Position numbers and translations under genes: made by a program
Shown here: one piece after another, positions 36,823-47,109 of the stretch
Position numbering within the stretch: position 1 is the stretch's first letter
How the letters are laid out: every line of letters starts with the position of its first letter
Notes under the pieces: generated by a model
Told to the model about the DNA's origin: nothing
Database searches by the model: none
What the model saw: the letters and a program-made list of their open reading frames with translations, nothing else
Virus record (IMG/VR): IMGVR_UViG_3300021431_000012
Span: 11,699 to 75,698 of that record
DNA: 64,000 nt
Source: a virus
Taxonomy: Duplodnaviria; Caudoviricetes
Direction: 5' to 3' (one strand)

Positions 36823-39366
36823 ATGGGACAAATAATTGGTTCAGCGGCGAAGCCGAAAAGATGCAATCTTTCCAAGTTATCACAACTCGGAACACCAGCG
36901 GCAGGGGAGCATATTCTTGTCAGCAGCGACAACTCCATGAATGCGGCAGGACAAGGGAACTTTGACTGCTACATCATGGGCAACGGAAGAACGGCTGCGA
37001 CGGCGTTGCCGCTTCATTACCTTGCAGATGAAGAGCCAGTAGCGGGAAGTACGCAGGGCATTATGAGCGGATGGGCGCACAAGTACGTGAAGCCTATTAC
37101 CGACGAGATGGTTGAGGTGTCGCAAACGACCGAAGATGTGACACAAGTATATGATGACAGAATTACGGAAGCATACATTGCCTCAAATGGGCGAATTTAT
37201 GGCGCAAGCAGAGGTTCTACGCTTGTAGTGAATCTTAAACAATTTGCCGTAGATACGACTCTTTCCTATTCAATAACAGGCGGCAGTATTGGCATCGTGT
37301 TAAGCGTAACCAAACCTGCAAAAAATGGAACGTACACAGTTGTTGCTACTTCGGGTAGTGGGCAGGTGACCGTGCCTGCTGGCTATTGGCTTGGATGGGG
37401 ACGAAACGAACCCGCAGGTGCTGCGCTGACCCAGCAGGTTGAAACGATAGTCGTGAAAACACCTCTCTTTCCTTCAGACGTTGAGGACGAAGTAACGGAG
37501 GAATCCACCGCACCCGTCACAAGTGCTGCCATCTATTCGGCTATTCAAGCAGGCAAGGGTCAGAAGACTGAATATGCCAATATAGTGCCCGACGGCTCGC
37601 TTGTTGACTACTACATTGCTTCGAGCAATAGCAAAGTGTATGCTGGAAACAATTATACGATTAATTATAAATATCTAACGGAAGACACCACAATTCGGTA
37701 TAACGTAGGCGAGAGTACTGAAAGCGTCGCATACCATTCCTCGATTCCATCTGCAAACACGCAGGTTACGCTTGTGGCTACTTCTGGCAATTCGGGTGAA
37801 GCCGTTATCCCTGCTGGCAATTATCTGCTTTGGGTAGTATATAGGGAACAAATTAGTTGCTTTGTGGGCGAAAAGGCGGAAGTGCCTTTGCAATATATTA
37901 ACGCTGACACACTTGTTGTAGCGGAGAACATCAAGCAGAGAAAGGAAACACGGAGCGCAATCATCGTGGATGGCTCGATGCCTCTCGGATGGTGCAAGAA
38001 TAGTTGCAAGGACATATTCGACGTTACCGCGGCAACGGCAGACACTATCAGTGTGTCATCGGCTGATGCCGCATCTTTCGATAGCACGGAAGGACTTGTA
38101 GCCGTGAAGCATAGCAACGGGAACTATACCTGCCACCTCTTCACGATTTCGGGCAACGTGCTGACCATTCTGCGAAAGAAAGGATATGACGATGATGTGA
38201 GCCTTGCGGATGTCGTGAAATGCCAAGGAGTGTATGATACGAATAATAGCGGTATGGGGCAGCACCTTTCTGCTTTCGGCTATCTCGCCTATGCAAACTA
38301 TATCGCGCAGGCAATCCACGCACGATGCAGCATCAAGCAAGACAACCTTGTATACGGCTTGCATTTCACGGAGCAGGGAGTCAACTCTTCTGCACCTTAC
38401 TACAAGTCGGGACTGCTCTATGATACGGACATGAATGTCATTGCCGTTCCGAGGTATCACCAAGCAAAATTTACGGGAACGCTCGCAAGTGGAATTTCAG
38501 CCCATGCTGGCGTACTGCAAAACAACCAATACGACAAGATACGCGCTTGCGCCCTAAAATATTTTGCGTTCGTTCAGAACACTCAAGGAACGTGGGTTGA
38601 ATTTGACCTACCGAGCGACGGGTGTCTTGGTAACGGCTATGTGGAAATCACGGGCGGTTGTTATATAGATGAAACAAGGACGGGGCACATTCGCGTGGAT
38701 GTACTCGCAAATGGTGTGTCAGTATATAACACAATGCTTGCCAATAGCAACGAGGGAAAGATTGCCTGCGACAACCTCGACTTGCAAAAGCATATATCTG
38801 TAAGGTTTACGCTGACCGATGCAGCACTAACCGTTATGTTGCTAACCGATATTCGCTTATATCAAGCAGCCGAAGGCAAGACTGCCGTTCCCACCATTAA
38901 GACAACCGACAAGATTGCTATCATCGGTGATTCATGGACTCAATTCCCGACTACCAGCGGTGTGGTTGAAAGCGATAACACGTATAACACCATTGACACG
39001 CTTGCCAATGGTCAGCAGGCTGGAGGCTATTGCTATCTGCCAAAGGAGTTGTCGCGCCTGCTCGGTGTTGAGATTGACAACTACGGCAAAAGCAACATGA
39101 CGGCAAGTTACGGCATTGAGCAGATGGCTGACATCATCAAGAGTGGCAAGCACTACGACTACATCATCCTCGAATACTATATCAATGACCGCACGGCAAG
39201 CGTGGATGCAAATATTTGGCTTTCGAAGATGGCGCAACTTGTGACAATGTGCAAGAGCATTAATGCGAAGCCTATCATCCTCGGACCGACTGCAACAAAT
39301 AGTATCAACCAGTCCGTAGGCTTGATTTCGTGGTGGCATCAACTTGTAAAAGGGTTGAATCTATAA
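36823..39366 (+). CDS. Receptor-binding/tail spike protein with SGNH (GDSL) esterase motifs
   Basis: IIGDSW (aa 702-705 GDSW), NYGKS, YIND, and an upstream GQHLSAFGY..YA..IA segment. Confidence 0.65.
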   Translation: MGQIIGSAAKPKRCNLSKLSQLGTPAAGEHILVSSDNSMNAAGQGNFDCYIMGNGRTAATALPLHYLADEEPVAGSTQGIMSGWAHKYVKPITDEMVEVSQTTEDVTQVYDDRITEAYIASNGRIYGASRGSTLVVNLKQFAVDTTLSYSITGGSIGIVLSVTKPAKNGTYTVVATSGSGQVTVPAGYWLGWGRNEPAGAALTQQVETIVVKTPLFPSDVEDEVTEESTAPVTSAAIYSAIQAGKGQKTEYANIVPDGSLVDYYIASSNSKVYAGNNYTINYKYLTEDTTIRYNVGESTESVAYHSSIPSANTQVTLVATSGNSGEAVIPAGNYLLWVVYREQISCFVGEKAEVPLQYINADTLVVAENIKQRKETRSAIIVDGSMPLGWCKNSCKDIFDVTAATADTISVSSADAASFDSTEGLVAVKHSNGNYTCHLFTISGNVLTILRKKGYDDDVSLADVVKCQGVYDTNNSGMGQHLSAFGYLAYANYIAQAIHARCSIKQDNLVYGLHFTEQGVNSSAPYYKSGLLYDTDMNVIAVPRYHQAKFTGTLASGISAHAGVLQNNQYDKIRACALKYFAFVQNTQGTWVEFDLPSDGCLGNGYVEITGGCYIDETRTGHIRVDVLANGVSVYNTMLANSNEGKIACDNLDLQKHISVRFTLTDAALTVMLLTDIRLYQAAEGKTAVPTIKTTDKIAIIGDSWTQFPTTSGVVESDNTYNTIDTLANGQQAGGYCYLPKELSRLLGVEIDNYGKSNMTASYGIEQMADIIKSGKHYDYIILEYYINDRTASVDANIWLSKMAQLVTMCKSINAKPIILGPTATNSINQSVGLISWWHQLVKGLNL

Positions 39367-39419
39367 CGTGTTTCAGAGTAACTAATAATAGGTAAAAAGG
39401 CATTAAAATGGTGTTGAAT

Positions 39420-39821
39420 ATGAAAAAAGCATTGGTATTTATAACAATAGCATTCATGGTGCTATCTTGTGCAACCAAAACCAAAATCGAATATGTAGAT
39501 AGGGAGGTTGTTAAGGATAGAATGCATTATGTTCATGACACGTTAAGGGAAATCACCCGTGACACCATTGAACATAATGTGTTTATGCGTGGTGACACCG
39601 TGTTTGATGTCAAGTATGTCAAGAGCGTACAATGGAAAGACAAAATTGTTGAAAAAACCGACACGATTATCCGTGATTCTATCCAAGTGCAAGTGAAAAA
39701 AGAAATTGTAGAAAAGAAAGTAATTCCAAAATGGTGCTACATTTCTTTGCTTATTTGTGGATTATTTGCTATCTTTGCAATTATTAAGTTGATTTTATGG
39801 AAACAAGTTCATTCGGTTTAA
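39420..39821 (+). CDS. Putative unimolecular spanin
   Basis: Lipobox VLSC after a signal peptide, beta-rich middle, C-terminal TM WCYISLLICGLFAIFAIIKLIL. Confidence 0.6.
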   Translation: MKKALVFITIAFMVLSCATKTKIEYVDREVVKDRMHYVHDTLREITRDTIEHNVFMRGDTVFDVKYVKSVQWKDKIVEKTDTIIRDSIQVQVKKEIVEKKVIPKWCYISLLICGLFAIFAIIKLILWKQVHSV

Positions 39822-42800
39822 ACCAAAATTTCCAGATATACAAGGATGTGGACGGTGTGCAAACGCCGTTCCACAATCTTGTTTTAAGAAAGTCGGTAGT
39901 TGATAGTGTAGTAATGTCATTGGGTGACAAAATCACTGGTGATGTCTATTACATTAACAACCACTTAGATGTATCAATGCAAGAATATGTCGTTTACAAT
40001 GGCATTAAGTATTCATTGGTAAATCCACCTACAATTGTAAAGGAAGGCATTGTTAGCGACAATTCGGAGTTGCGTGGCATGACCAAATACTCGTTTGAAT
40101 TCTACCACCCGATGTATATGCTATCAAGCATTCCTTTTACTGATGTTGCGGTTAGTAACGATGAAGCAAGGTATCTTTCCGAGAATCGCAACTTTAGTTG
40201 GATGGGTTCACTTGTTGACTATGTTGCAAAGCTAAACAAGAATCTTGAAAACACGGAATGGGTAGTAGCCATTAGTGATGATAGTGGCGTGCAAGCCAAA
40301 AGATTCGTTCTAAGCGACGTTCTTTCTTTCGACAATAACTTTATAAGCGACGCGTTAAAAACCGCTTACGACACGTGGGAAGTGCCTTTTGTGATAGATA
40401 AGACCGATGCTTATGGTAACAACAAAAAGTTTTTGATTCTTTTTGGCTTGCCTAGCAATGAAATCTATGAAACAGATTCGCATGGTGACCCAACCGAAAC
40501 GCCCTTTGTTTTCCACTACGGAAAAGGCGTCGGCTTAAAGAATAATTCTCGCACACCGAAGAACAACAAGATAGTTACACGCATTGTTGGCTATGGTAGT
40601 GAAAACAACATTCCCTATGGCTACCCACAAATTATTTGGCAAGGTGACCAATCATGGGAATACACATTGAACAACACGCCTGGTGTTCAAGAAATAAGCA
40701 TTGGTGGCGAACTTGTTTCGGCAACATCATATCCTATCTATGACGGCATTGTTGGTGGTAGGCATGTAAGACTAATCAAGCACCCGTTCCAAAGAAACCA
40801 CCTTATGCCTAGTGTCTACACGGATAGGGTGAACAAAAAGGTAAATCCTTTTGCCGCGAATTTCAATCCTAACATTGAACTTGTAGACTACTATGATGCG
40901 GACGGCACTTATCCAAACGAGATTAATCCGCTAGCCCCGTCTTGCGAAATACACGAATTTGAAAAGATAAAGCCAGAACTTGGAACGGCAAAAATTATAA
41001 GTGTTGCGCCTTATGATGAAGCAGCAGAAAAATACATTTCATACTCCACATTTGAACAATACATCAATGCTATTATTGATGGCGACAACACGCCACAACG
41101 GGAGCATGATGTGCTAACAACACTTCTTGACGAAATTAACCATGGTACGGAAACTTACCACGACTCTTTCAATGGCGGCACATACGGCTACGAACTAGAC
41201 ATGACTAGCGATGAAACATATTACTACATCAAGTATGTTTCTAGCAATAGCAACTTTGAATACATCGTTCTAAAAGATGCGCATGCAGTTCCGCCCGTTG
41301 TTTGGGATGACACAATGGATGATGACGGCAACTATAAGCAAAGCTATTTTAAGCTAACATTGCCGCGTCTTGACTTTGACATTTACGCTTGTGCATCTAT
41401 CACGGAAGAAATGTCTATTGCCATGCGTAGTGGTGCATGCATTGGCTGCACATTCCAAGTGCAAGTAGATTGGGAGGATTACAAGAAGAATTTCTTTAAT
41501 GTCGATGGCGTTTTCGACCCGATTCCACATACAACCGACGATGACGGTCACGTTCGCGACATTAATAAGTACCCGAATAGCGAAAACGGTTCTATCACAC
41601 TTATTGTTCAAAAGGACAACAATACTTTTGGCATATTAATGCCTAACACATACCAATATCCGAAAGCGGACGATGACTTTGTGATTCTTGGTATATCATT
41701 GCCTACATCATACATCACAAACGCTGAGGAAAGACTAGATGAGGCTATGCGTGAATACATGTTGGAAAACAATGTGTATTACTACGACTACCCTTTGAAA
41801 TTTGACGAGCATTTCCTTGCCACACACCTTGGCATTCTTCGCCAAATGCGAAACAACACTATTGTGCGATTCCAATTTGGCAACGAACCACCGATGGCAC
41901 TATATATCAAGCAGCTTACGGTTAAGTTCGGTGAAAGTGTATTGCCGCAATATGACATCACGCTCACCGATGATGTTGAAATTGTTCTCAATCAAATTGG
42001 ACAAGTAACGGAAGATGTCAGTCGCCTTCGTGTGCAATTAGCAGAAATCCAAAAATATTATCTTGGTGACTATGTTGATGCCATGAATGGCAAGCTATCA
42101 CGCATTGTTGATGACGTTGCTCTTGGTCGTATCACATTCCAACAAGGATTGAATTCTATTGGCAACATAATCTTGCATAGCGAAATCAAATCCAACGGCT
42201 TTGTTTCTGGCATGGATGGTACTGGCCGTGGATGGCGAATAGACCAACTTGGTAATGGCGAATTAGAAAGTCTTCGCGTCCGTTCCTACTTGGAGGTTGT
42301 GGAATTGCTTATCAATCGTCTTCAAGCACAAGAGGGTGATACATTGTTCACAGACAATGACCAAATTGAATACGTCAAAGAGAAAGTAGTCAATGATGTA
42401 ACGTACTACATTCTAACACTAAAGGAAAAGTGGGAAGGTTACTTTACGTCGCAACAAGAAGGAAATATTGTCAAAGGAATTATCAACACGTTGGCAGCAA
42501 ACTATGGTAATGTAAGTGATATTACCGAAGCGCAATGTGTTGAAGCAGATGGACAAAACAAATACTACACATCATGGATGCGTGTTGTCAACCCGTCACT
42601 TGCCGAAGAAACCGTTGGTAGAAACCAAATTGTTGTAGTCCTTTATGGTGATTCAGATGTTCCAGCACAAAGGAATTTCCCGCCATGCGAATTGATGACT
42701 ATTGCTAGGTTTGGTTGCGAGGATGCGCCCGATGGCGCTACCGATGCTCAAAAGGCTAGCGTGGAACGTAGACAAAGACTTTTTTCTATTTCCGTTTCTG

Positions 42801-45800
42801 ACGGTCGTATTTCAAAGCTAACGGGTGTCAACAAGCCGATTCTTGAAGAATGGAACTATGGAACAACGCTTGGCGTTATTCCTGATTTTATCAACAATTG
42901 GGCTATCAAGGAGCGTCTTATTGAGGGACGTGATTACTTGTATGCACAAGGTGTTATTGTCGGCGATTTTATCAAGGTAGACATCAATGGAGCGCCGCTT
43001 GTCAACTATGTTGATGTTGGCGAATGGGTAGACGGGCAAGAATATCTTCACAACGAGTACAATCCCGTAAACCTACAATGGGAAACGCATGATGTATGGC
43101 ACAATCAAGCCAAATGGCGTTGCGAACAACACCAACCCGTTAAAAGTGGCTCTACATTGAGGTATTACGAGCCGCAAGACAATTCGCCCTATTGGACAAA
43201 GCTACTTAGTAGTGGCGAAGGTTCACCAGTGCCATACTACCATGACCAATTCTATAGCTGGTCGGCTTATGCTTCAACTAATTCGCAAACAACGCCTCCG
43301 TCCGATGCCGTTTGGTCACGTTCCATTCCAACCGCAACATCGGGCAAGCCGTACCTTTGGTTAAAAGACCAATTAATGACATGGAATGATAGCACAAAGG
43401 AATACGACGCAGGTGCTATCTACTACACAAGAATCACTGGTGAGGATGGAACGGGTATTGCCGTTAAAGGCTCTGTTGTTGCCGTTGTAGGTAATGTTTC
43501 AAGCCTTCCGTCAACCGCAAACAACGGCGACCTTGCTATCGTCACGTCAAGTCCATACATCTACATCTATCAAAATGGGCAATGGCAAGAGCGTGGCGAT
43601 ATTGCCGACGTGGGCGATTGCTATGTTTATGATGGTGATGGTCACTTGTGGGTATGGAATGGTTCATCATGGCAAGATGTCGGTGTGTTTAGGGGAGAAC
43701 CAGGCGTGTCAAGTTACATCCACATTGCTTGGGCTAACGAACTTGATTTAACCGACCAACAAACTGGCAAAAAATACCCGTCAACATTCGTTGTAACAAA
43801 AGAGCCTAATGAAGAATTTCGTTACATGGGTGTTTATGTTGATGACAATGCTGGGGCTGACTCATCTGATGGTACGAAATATGATTGGTCTGAAGTAAAA
43901 GGTAGCGACGCTCCTTATGTGACTAGTTCGCAATCCATATTGCTTTTTGACACAAACAACGATGGGGTTGCGACCTCGACATCTTCGCAGCAATGCACCA
44001 TAAAATTATTCGTAGGTGGCAGTCAAGTTGATGTGACAAATGTTACAATACAAAAGCCTATTTATAGCACAGCAACATATGTTATCGACAATGGGGCTGT
44101 TGTGTTAACGATTTCTGTAAATATTAGCACGCCAGAATCGGCATTTGGAGGTCTTTATGGCATTACGGTTAAAGGCACTAAAGATGGCAAAGAATACACG
44201 GCATACGCATCTATTACGGTTGCGGCAAATAAGGCTGGTGCAGGTGCCATTTTCCTTGACCTTGACAATGAAAACGATTCCATGTTGTATGGTTCTAGTG
44301 ATGACGAAACACCCGTTAGCGGCAATGTTATTTCACAAGGCTACATGTATGACAATGGCAATGATGTCACAAGCCAAGTGTCGCAATGGTCAATTGTTGA
44401 ATCATATGGCTGTACCTATAGCACATCTATTCAGAATGGAAAGATGACCATTACTGGCATGACGGCAACATCTGGATATGCCGTTCTTGAAGCAACTTAT
44501 TTAGGGGTTAAATATCGTGCAAAGCTAACCCTCAAAAAGCTCGTTGGTGTAGATAAATACGAAATCATTGTCAACCCTAACGCATTAGGATATTCTACCG
44601 ACACAATATCTACACCACAGCAAATCCAAATACAAGTTTATAAGACTACGATAACAGGTGAAAGACAAAGAATAACGGCTGCAATACCAGCCGATTATGG
44701 TCTGTATTACTATCAAGGAAATTCAACGTCTGGCACACGAATCACAAGCTATAGTTCTAGTGGCGATTATTGGTATTTTGTGGCAACCGACGTGTCTTCA
44801 TTGACGCAATATCGTGTGGCATTGCTTGATGAAAACAATGAAATTCTTGATTCGGAAACAATTCCCATTACAAAGGTTTCAAAGGGCGCGGATGGTGATG
44901 CTGCGGTGGCTTACCAACTTCTACCCACAGCAACCGCATTGAACTTTTCTCGTGGCAATGATGGTGAAACGTTTGTGCCAAGTTCATTGAACATTTCTTG
45001 CGGCTACATGAAAATTGTTGGCGAAGAAATCAAAGACAAGGATGACGGCACAAACGTGCAAGGCACTGGGCTTACCATTGATGGCTACAACTTGTATTTC
45101 CGTAGGCTTAACCAAAATGGAGTGCCGATTGCTTCATCATACACAACGGAAGGTTGGGATTGGACTGGCGGCACTGGAACTACCGCATATTTTATAAAGC
45201 ATAATGGTGTTATTGAGGTTGATGCATATAGTAGTCAAAGTGCTATTGAATTTTGTCTTAGTAGCAACACTCCAAATGCCACAACTAGTGATGACATTAT
45301 TGCTATACTAACCGTTCCAATTACGCGAAGTGGCGAAAAAGGTAGCATCGGCAAAATGGGAAAAAATTTCTATTATGCTGGTGAGTGGAATGAAAGTGAT
45401 GGTGGTTCGTTTGAGGTAACCGACTATGAAACCCCGTATTTCATGTATAACAACAAGTATTGGGTGTGGGTAGGTGACAATGGCACATACTCTATTAATT
45501 CCACTAACCGCCCATCTAGTAGTAATTCCGATTGGGAACTTATGGTTACCGATTTCAAATACCTTATTACCGAGGCTATGTTCACAAAATTCGCCAAACT
45601 TGGTGCTGGTATTTTTAACGAAGATTGGATGTTTTCTAGTCATGGAAATGCCTTAGTGACTATCGCCCTTACAGCTAGTACATCATCTAGCGAATCATGG
45701 GCACGAATAAGTGGGCAAACGGCAATTCAAGTCAAGCAGGGGGCTACTTATTCATTTGTCATTAATTGCAAGACTACGGCATCTGGAAATACATATTCTA

Positions 45801-46909
45801 TTCGTCCGTATATTGACGATGGTTCTGGCTATGAACAATCACAAGCACGAATTTGGATAACGTCAACGACGGCGCAAAATTACACATTCAATTTTGTTGC
45901 TGAAAGAACTGGTACATTACTATTCTATCATTATGGCAATGGCACAACATATTCCATAAGAACATATAATAGTTCGGAATACAACAAGGTTACTCCGTCA
46001 TTTATGAATGCCGATGAAAGAATATTGCTTGATGCACCAAGAGAAATTAACACAACAACACACACAAGGATTGTTGAAACATCCGTGACTGTTGTTAGTG
46101 GTCTCACGTATAGAATTACGGTAAAAGGATATGCAAATAGTGGAACTTTGCGCGTTAGACCATATTTTAAAAATAGTGGTTCTGCCGCATCTTCTAGTTA
46201 CTTGTCAATATCATATAGAACATCAACCACAATCACATACACGTTTACACCAACGTCAAGTGGTGATATAACAATAGATGGCTATATGGCTACATCTGGA
46301 ACGTCGGGGTATGTGGAATATATGTCAATAAAAGCAACCAATCCTTTCATTCCTCGTGTCGCTATTGATTGGCGTAGTGGTTATGCCCACTTCGGCGGTG
46401 ACAATATTCGCTTTAACCCAGACGGCAGCGGTTTCCTTGCAAACAAGAATATTACTTGGGACGAAAACGGCAATTGTATCTTTAGCGGACTGCAAATGAA
46501 ACGAAAGACGGTTGTTAATTCAAGTAATTATCTAAATTATTTAAAGCCAGATGATACATGGGGTTATTCGGAATATGTTTTTGACTTTGAAAAAGCATCA
46601 ACTTGGATGGAAATAGAGTCTTTGCCAAGCAACTTTTCTGGCATTTTAATGCCTATTAGCGGTGATTTTGTCCGTTCACTAGTTGGACAGTCTATATTAT
46701 TATACAACAAGTCTAGCGTTACGATTCCAATCACTGGGAGAACATTTTGGGAAAATGGGAAAACAACAATCCCCGTAACAAACCCTAGCTTTAATAGCAC
46801 GACAATAGCGCCTAATTGCTTTGTGAGATTTGAATGTAAAATTACTATTGACGGGAATGACAATGAATTACTTTATTGGAGTTGTGTAAAAGGAAACATA
46901 TCTTCGTAA
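39797..46909 (+). CDS. Large tail protein (Tal/central fibre, 2370 aa)
   Basis: N-terminal hub region (GVGLKNNSRTPKNNKIVTRIVGYGSENNIP), Ig-like and CBM-like repeats toward the C-terminus. Confidence 0.8.
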   Translation: METSSFGLNQNFQIYKDVDGVQTPFHNLVLRKSVVDSVVMSLGDKITGDVYYINNHLDVSMQEYVVYNGIKYSLVNPPTIVKEGIVSDNSELRGMTKYSFEFYHPMYMLSSIPFTDVAVSNDEARYLSENRNFSWMGSLVDYVAKLNKNLENTEWVVAISDDSGVQAKRFVLSDVLSFDNNFISDALKTAYDTWEVPFVIDKTDAYGNNKKFLILFGLPSNEIYETDSHGDPTETPFVFHYGKGVGLKNNSRTPKNNKIVTRIVGYGSENNIPYGYPQIIWQGDQSWEYTLNNTPGVQEISIGGELVSATSYPIYDGIVGGRHVRLIKHPFQRNHLMPSVYTDRVNKKVNPFAANFNPNIELVDYYDADGTYPNEINPLAPSCEIHEFEKIKPELGTAKIISVAPYDEAAEKYISYSTFEQYINAIIDGDNTPQREHDVLTTLLDEINHGTETYHDSFNGGTYGYELDMTSDETYYYIKYVSSNSNFEYIVLKDAHAVPPVVWDDTMDDDGNYKQSYFKLTLPRLDFDIYACASITEEMSIAMRSGACIGCTFQVQVDWEDYKKNFFNVDGVFDPIPHTTDDDGHVRDINKYPNSENGSITLIVQKDNNTFGILMPNTYQYPKADDDFVILGISLPTSYITNAEERLDEAMREYMLENNVYYYDYPLKFDEHFLATHLGILRQMRNNTIVRFQFGNEPPMALYIKQLTVKFGESVLPQYDITLTDDVEIVLNQIGQVTEDVSRLRVQLAEIQKYYLGDYVDAMNGKLSRIVDDVALGRITFQQGLNSIGNIILHSEIKSNGFVSGMDGTGRGWRIDQLGNGELESLRVRSYLEVVELLINRLQAQEGDTLFTDNDQIEYVKEKVVNDVTYYILTLKEKWEGYFTSQQEGNIVKGIINTLAANYGNVSDITEAQCVEADGQNKYYTSWMRVVNPSLAEETVGRNQIVVVLYGDSDVPAQRNFPPCELMTIARFGCEDAPDGATDAQKASVERRQRLFSISVSDGRISKLTGVNKPILEEWNYGTTLGVIPDFINNWAIKERLIEGRDYLYAQGVIVGDFIKVDINGAPLVNYVDVGEWVDGQEYLHNEYNPVNLQWETHDVWHNQAKWRCEQHQPVKSGSTLRYYEPQDNSPYWTKLLSSGEGSPVPYYHDQFYSWSAYASTNSQTTPPSDAVWSRSIPTATSGKPYLWLKDQLMTWNDSTKEYDAGAIYYTRITGEDGTGIAVKGSVVAVVGNVSSLPSTANNGDLAIVTSSPYIYIYQNGQWQERGDIADVGDCYVYDGDGHLWVWNGSSWQDVGVFRGEPGVSSYIHIAWANELDLTDQQTGKKYPSTFVVTKEPNEEFRYMGVYVDDNAGADSSDGTKYDWSEVKGSDAPYVTSSQSILLFDTNNDGVATSTSSQQCTIKLFVGGSQVDVTNVTIQKPIYSTATYVIDNGAVVLTISVNISTPESAFGGLYGITVKGTKDGKEYTAYASITVAANKAGAGAIFLDLDNENDSMLYGSSDDETPVSGNVISQGYMYDNGNDVTSQVSQWSIVESYGCTYSTSIQNGKMTITGMTATSGYAVLEATYLGVKYRAKLTLKKLVGVDKYEIIVNPNALGYSTDTISTPQQIQIQVYKTTITGERQRITAAIPADYGLYYYQGNSTSGTRITSYSSSGDYWYFVATDVSSLTQYRVALLDENNEILDSETIPITKVSKGADGDAAVAYQLLPTATALNFSRGNDGETFVPSSLNISCGYMKIVGEEIKDKDDGTNVQGTGLTIDGYNLYFRRLNQNGVPIASSYTTEGWDWTGGTGTTAYFIKHNGVIEVDAYSSQSAIEFCLSSNTPNATTSDDIIAILTVPITRSGEKGSIGKMGKNFYYAGEWNESDGGSFEVTDYETPYFMYNNKYWVWVGDNGTYSINSTNRPSSSNSDWELMVTDFKYLITEAMFTKFAKLGAGIFNEDWMFSSHGNALVTIALTASTSSSESWARISGQTAIQVKQGATYSFVINCKTTASGNTYSIRPYIDDGSGYEQSQARIWITSTTAQNYTFNFVAERTGTLLFYHYGNGTTYSIRTYNSSEYNKVTPSFMNADERILLDAPREINTTTHTRIVETSVTVVSGLTYRITVKGYANSGTLRVRPYFKNSGSAASSSYLSISYRTSTTITYTFTPTSSGDITIDGYMATSGTSGYVEYMSIKATNPFIPRVAIDWRSGYAHFGGDNIRFNPDGSGFLANKNITWDENGNCIFSGLQMKRKTVVNSSNYLNYLKPDDTWGYSEYVFDFEKASTWMEIESLPSNFSGILMPISGDFVRSLVGQSILLYNKSSVTIPITGRTFWENGKTTIPVTNPSFNSTTIAPNCFVRFECKITIDGNDNELLYWSCVKGNISS

Positions 46910-46957
46910 TAGCGCACAAAGAAAACTTTCTGTTCTTGTACTATATCTATATTGTTG

Positions 46958-46989
46958 AAGGTGTTAGATTTTGGTCTAGCACCTTTTTT
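46958..46989 (+). terminator. Intrinsic terminator
   Basis: AAGGTGTTAGA-TTTTGG-TCTAGCACCTT-TTTT. Confidence 0.7.
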
Positions 46990-47109
46990 GCTTTTTGACA
47001 CTTATGGACACAAAGTAGTCCAAGCATGCTATAATGTGTTTTTGGCTTACATTTGCAAAAGTAACGCGTTATGTAGTCAAAATTTAAATCATTTAAAACA
47101 AAAAACATT

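Noticed and set aside
33053-46909. Diversity-generating retroelement acting on the tail fibres
   Set aside because: No reverse transcriptase and no adenine-specific TR/VR pair was seen; the shared segments are diverged protein modules.
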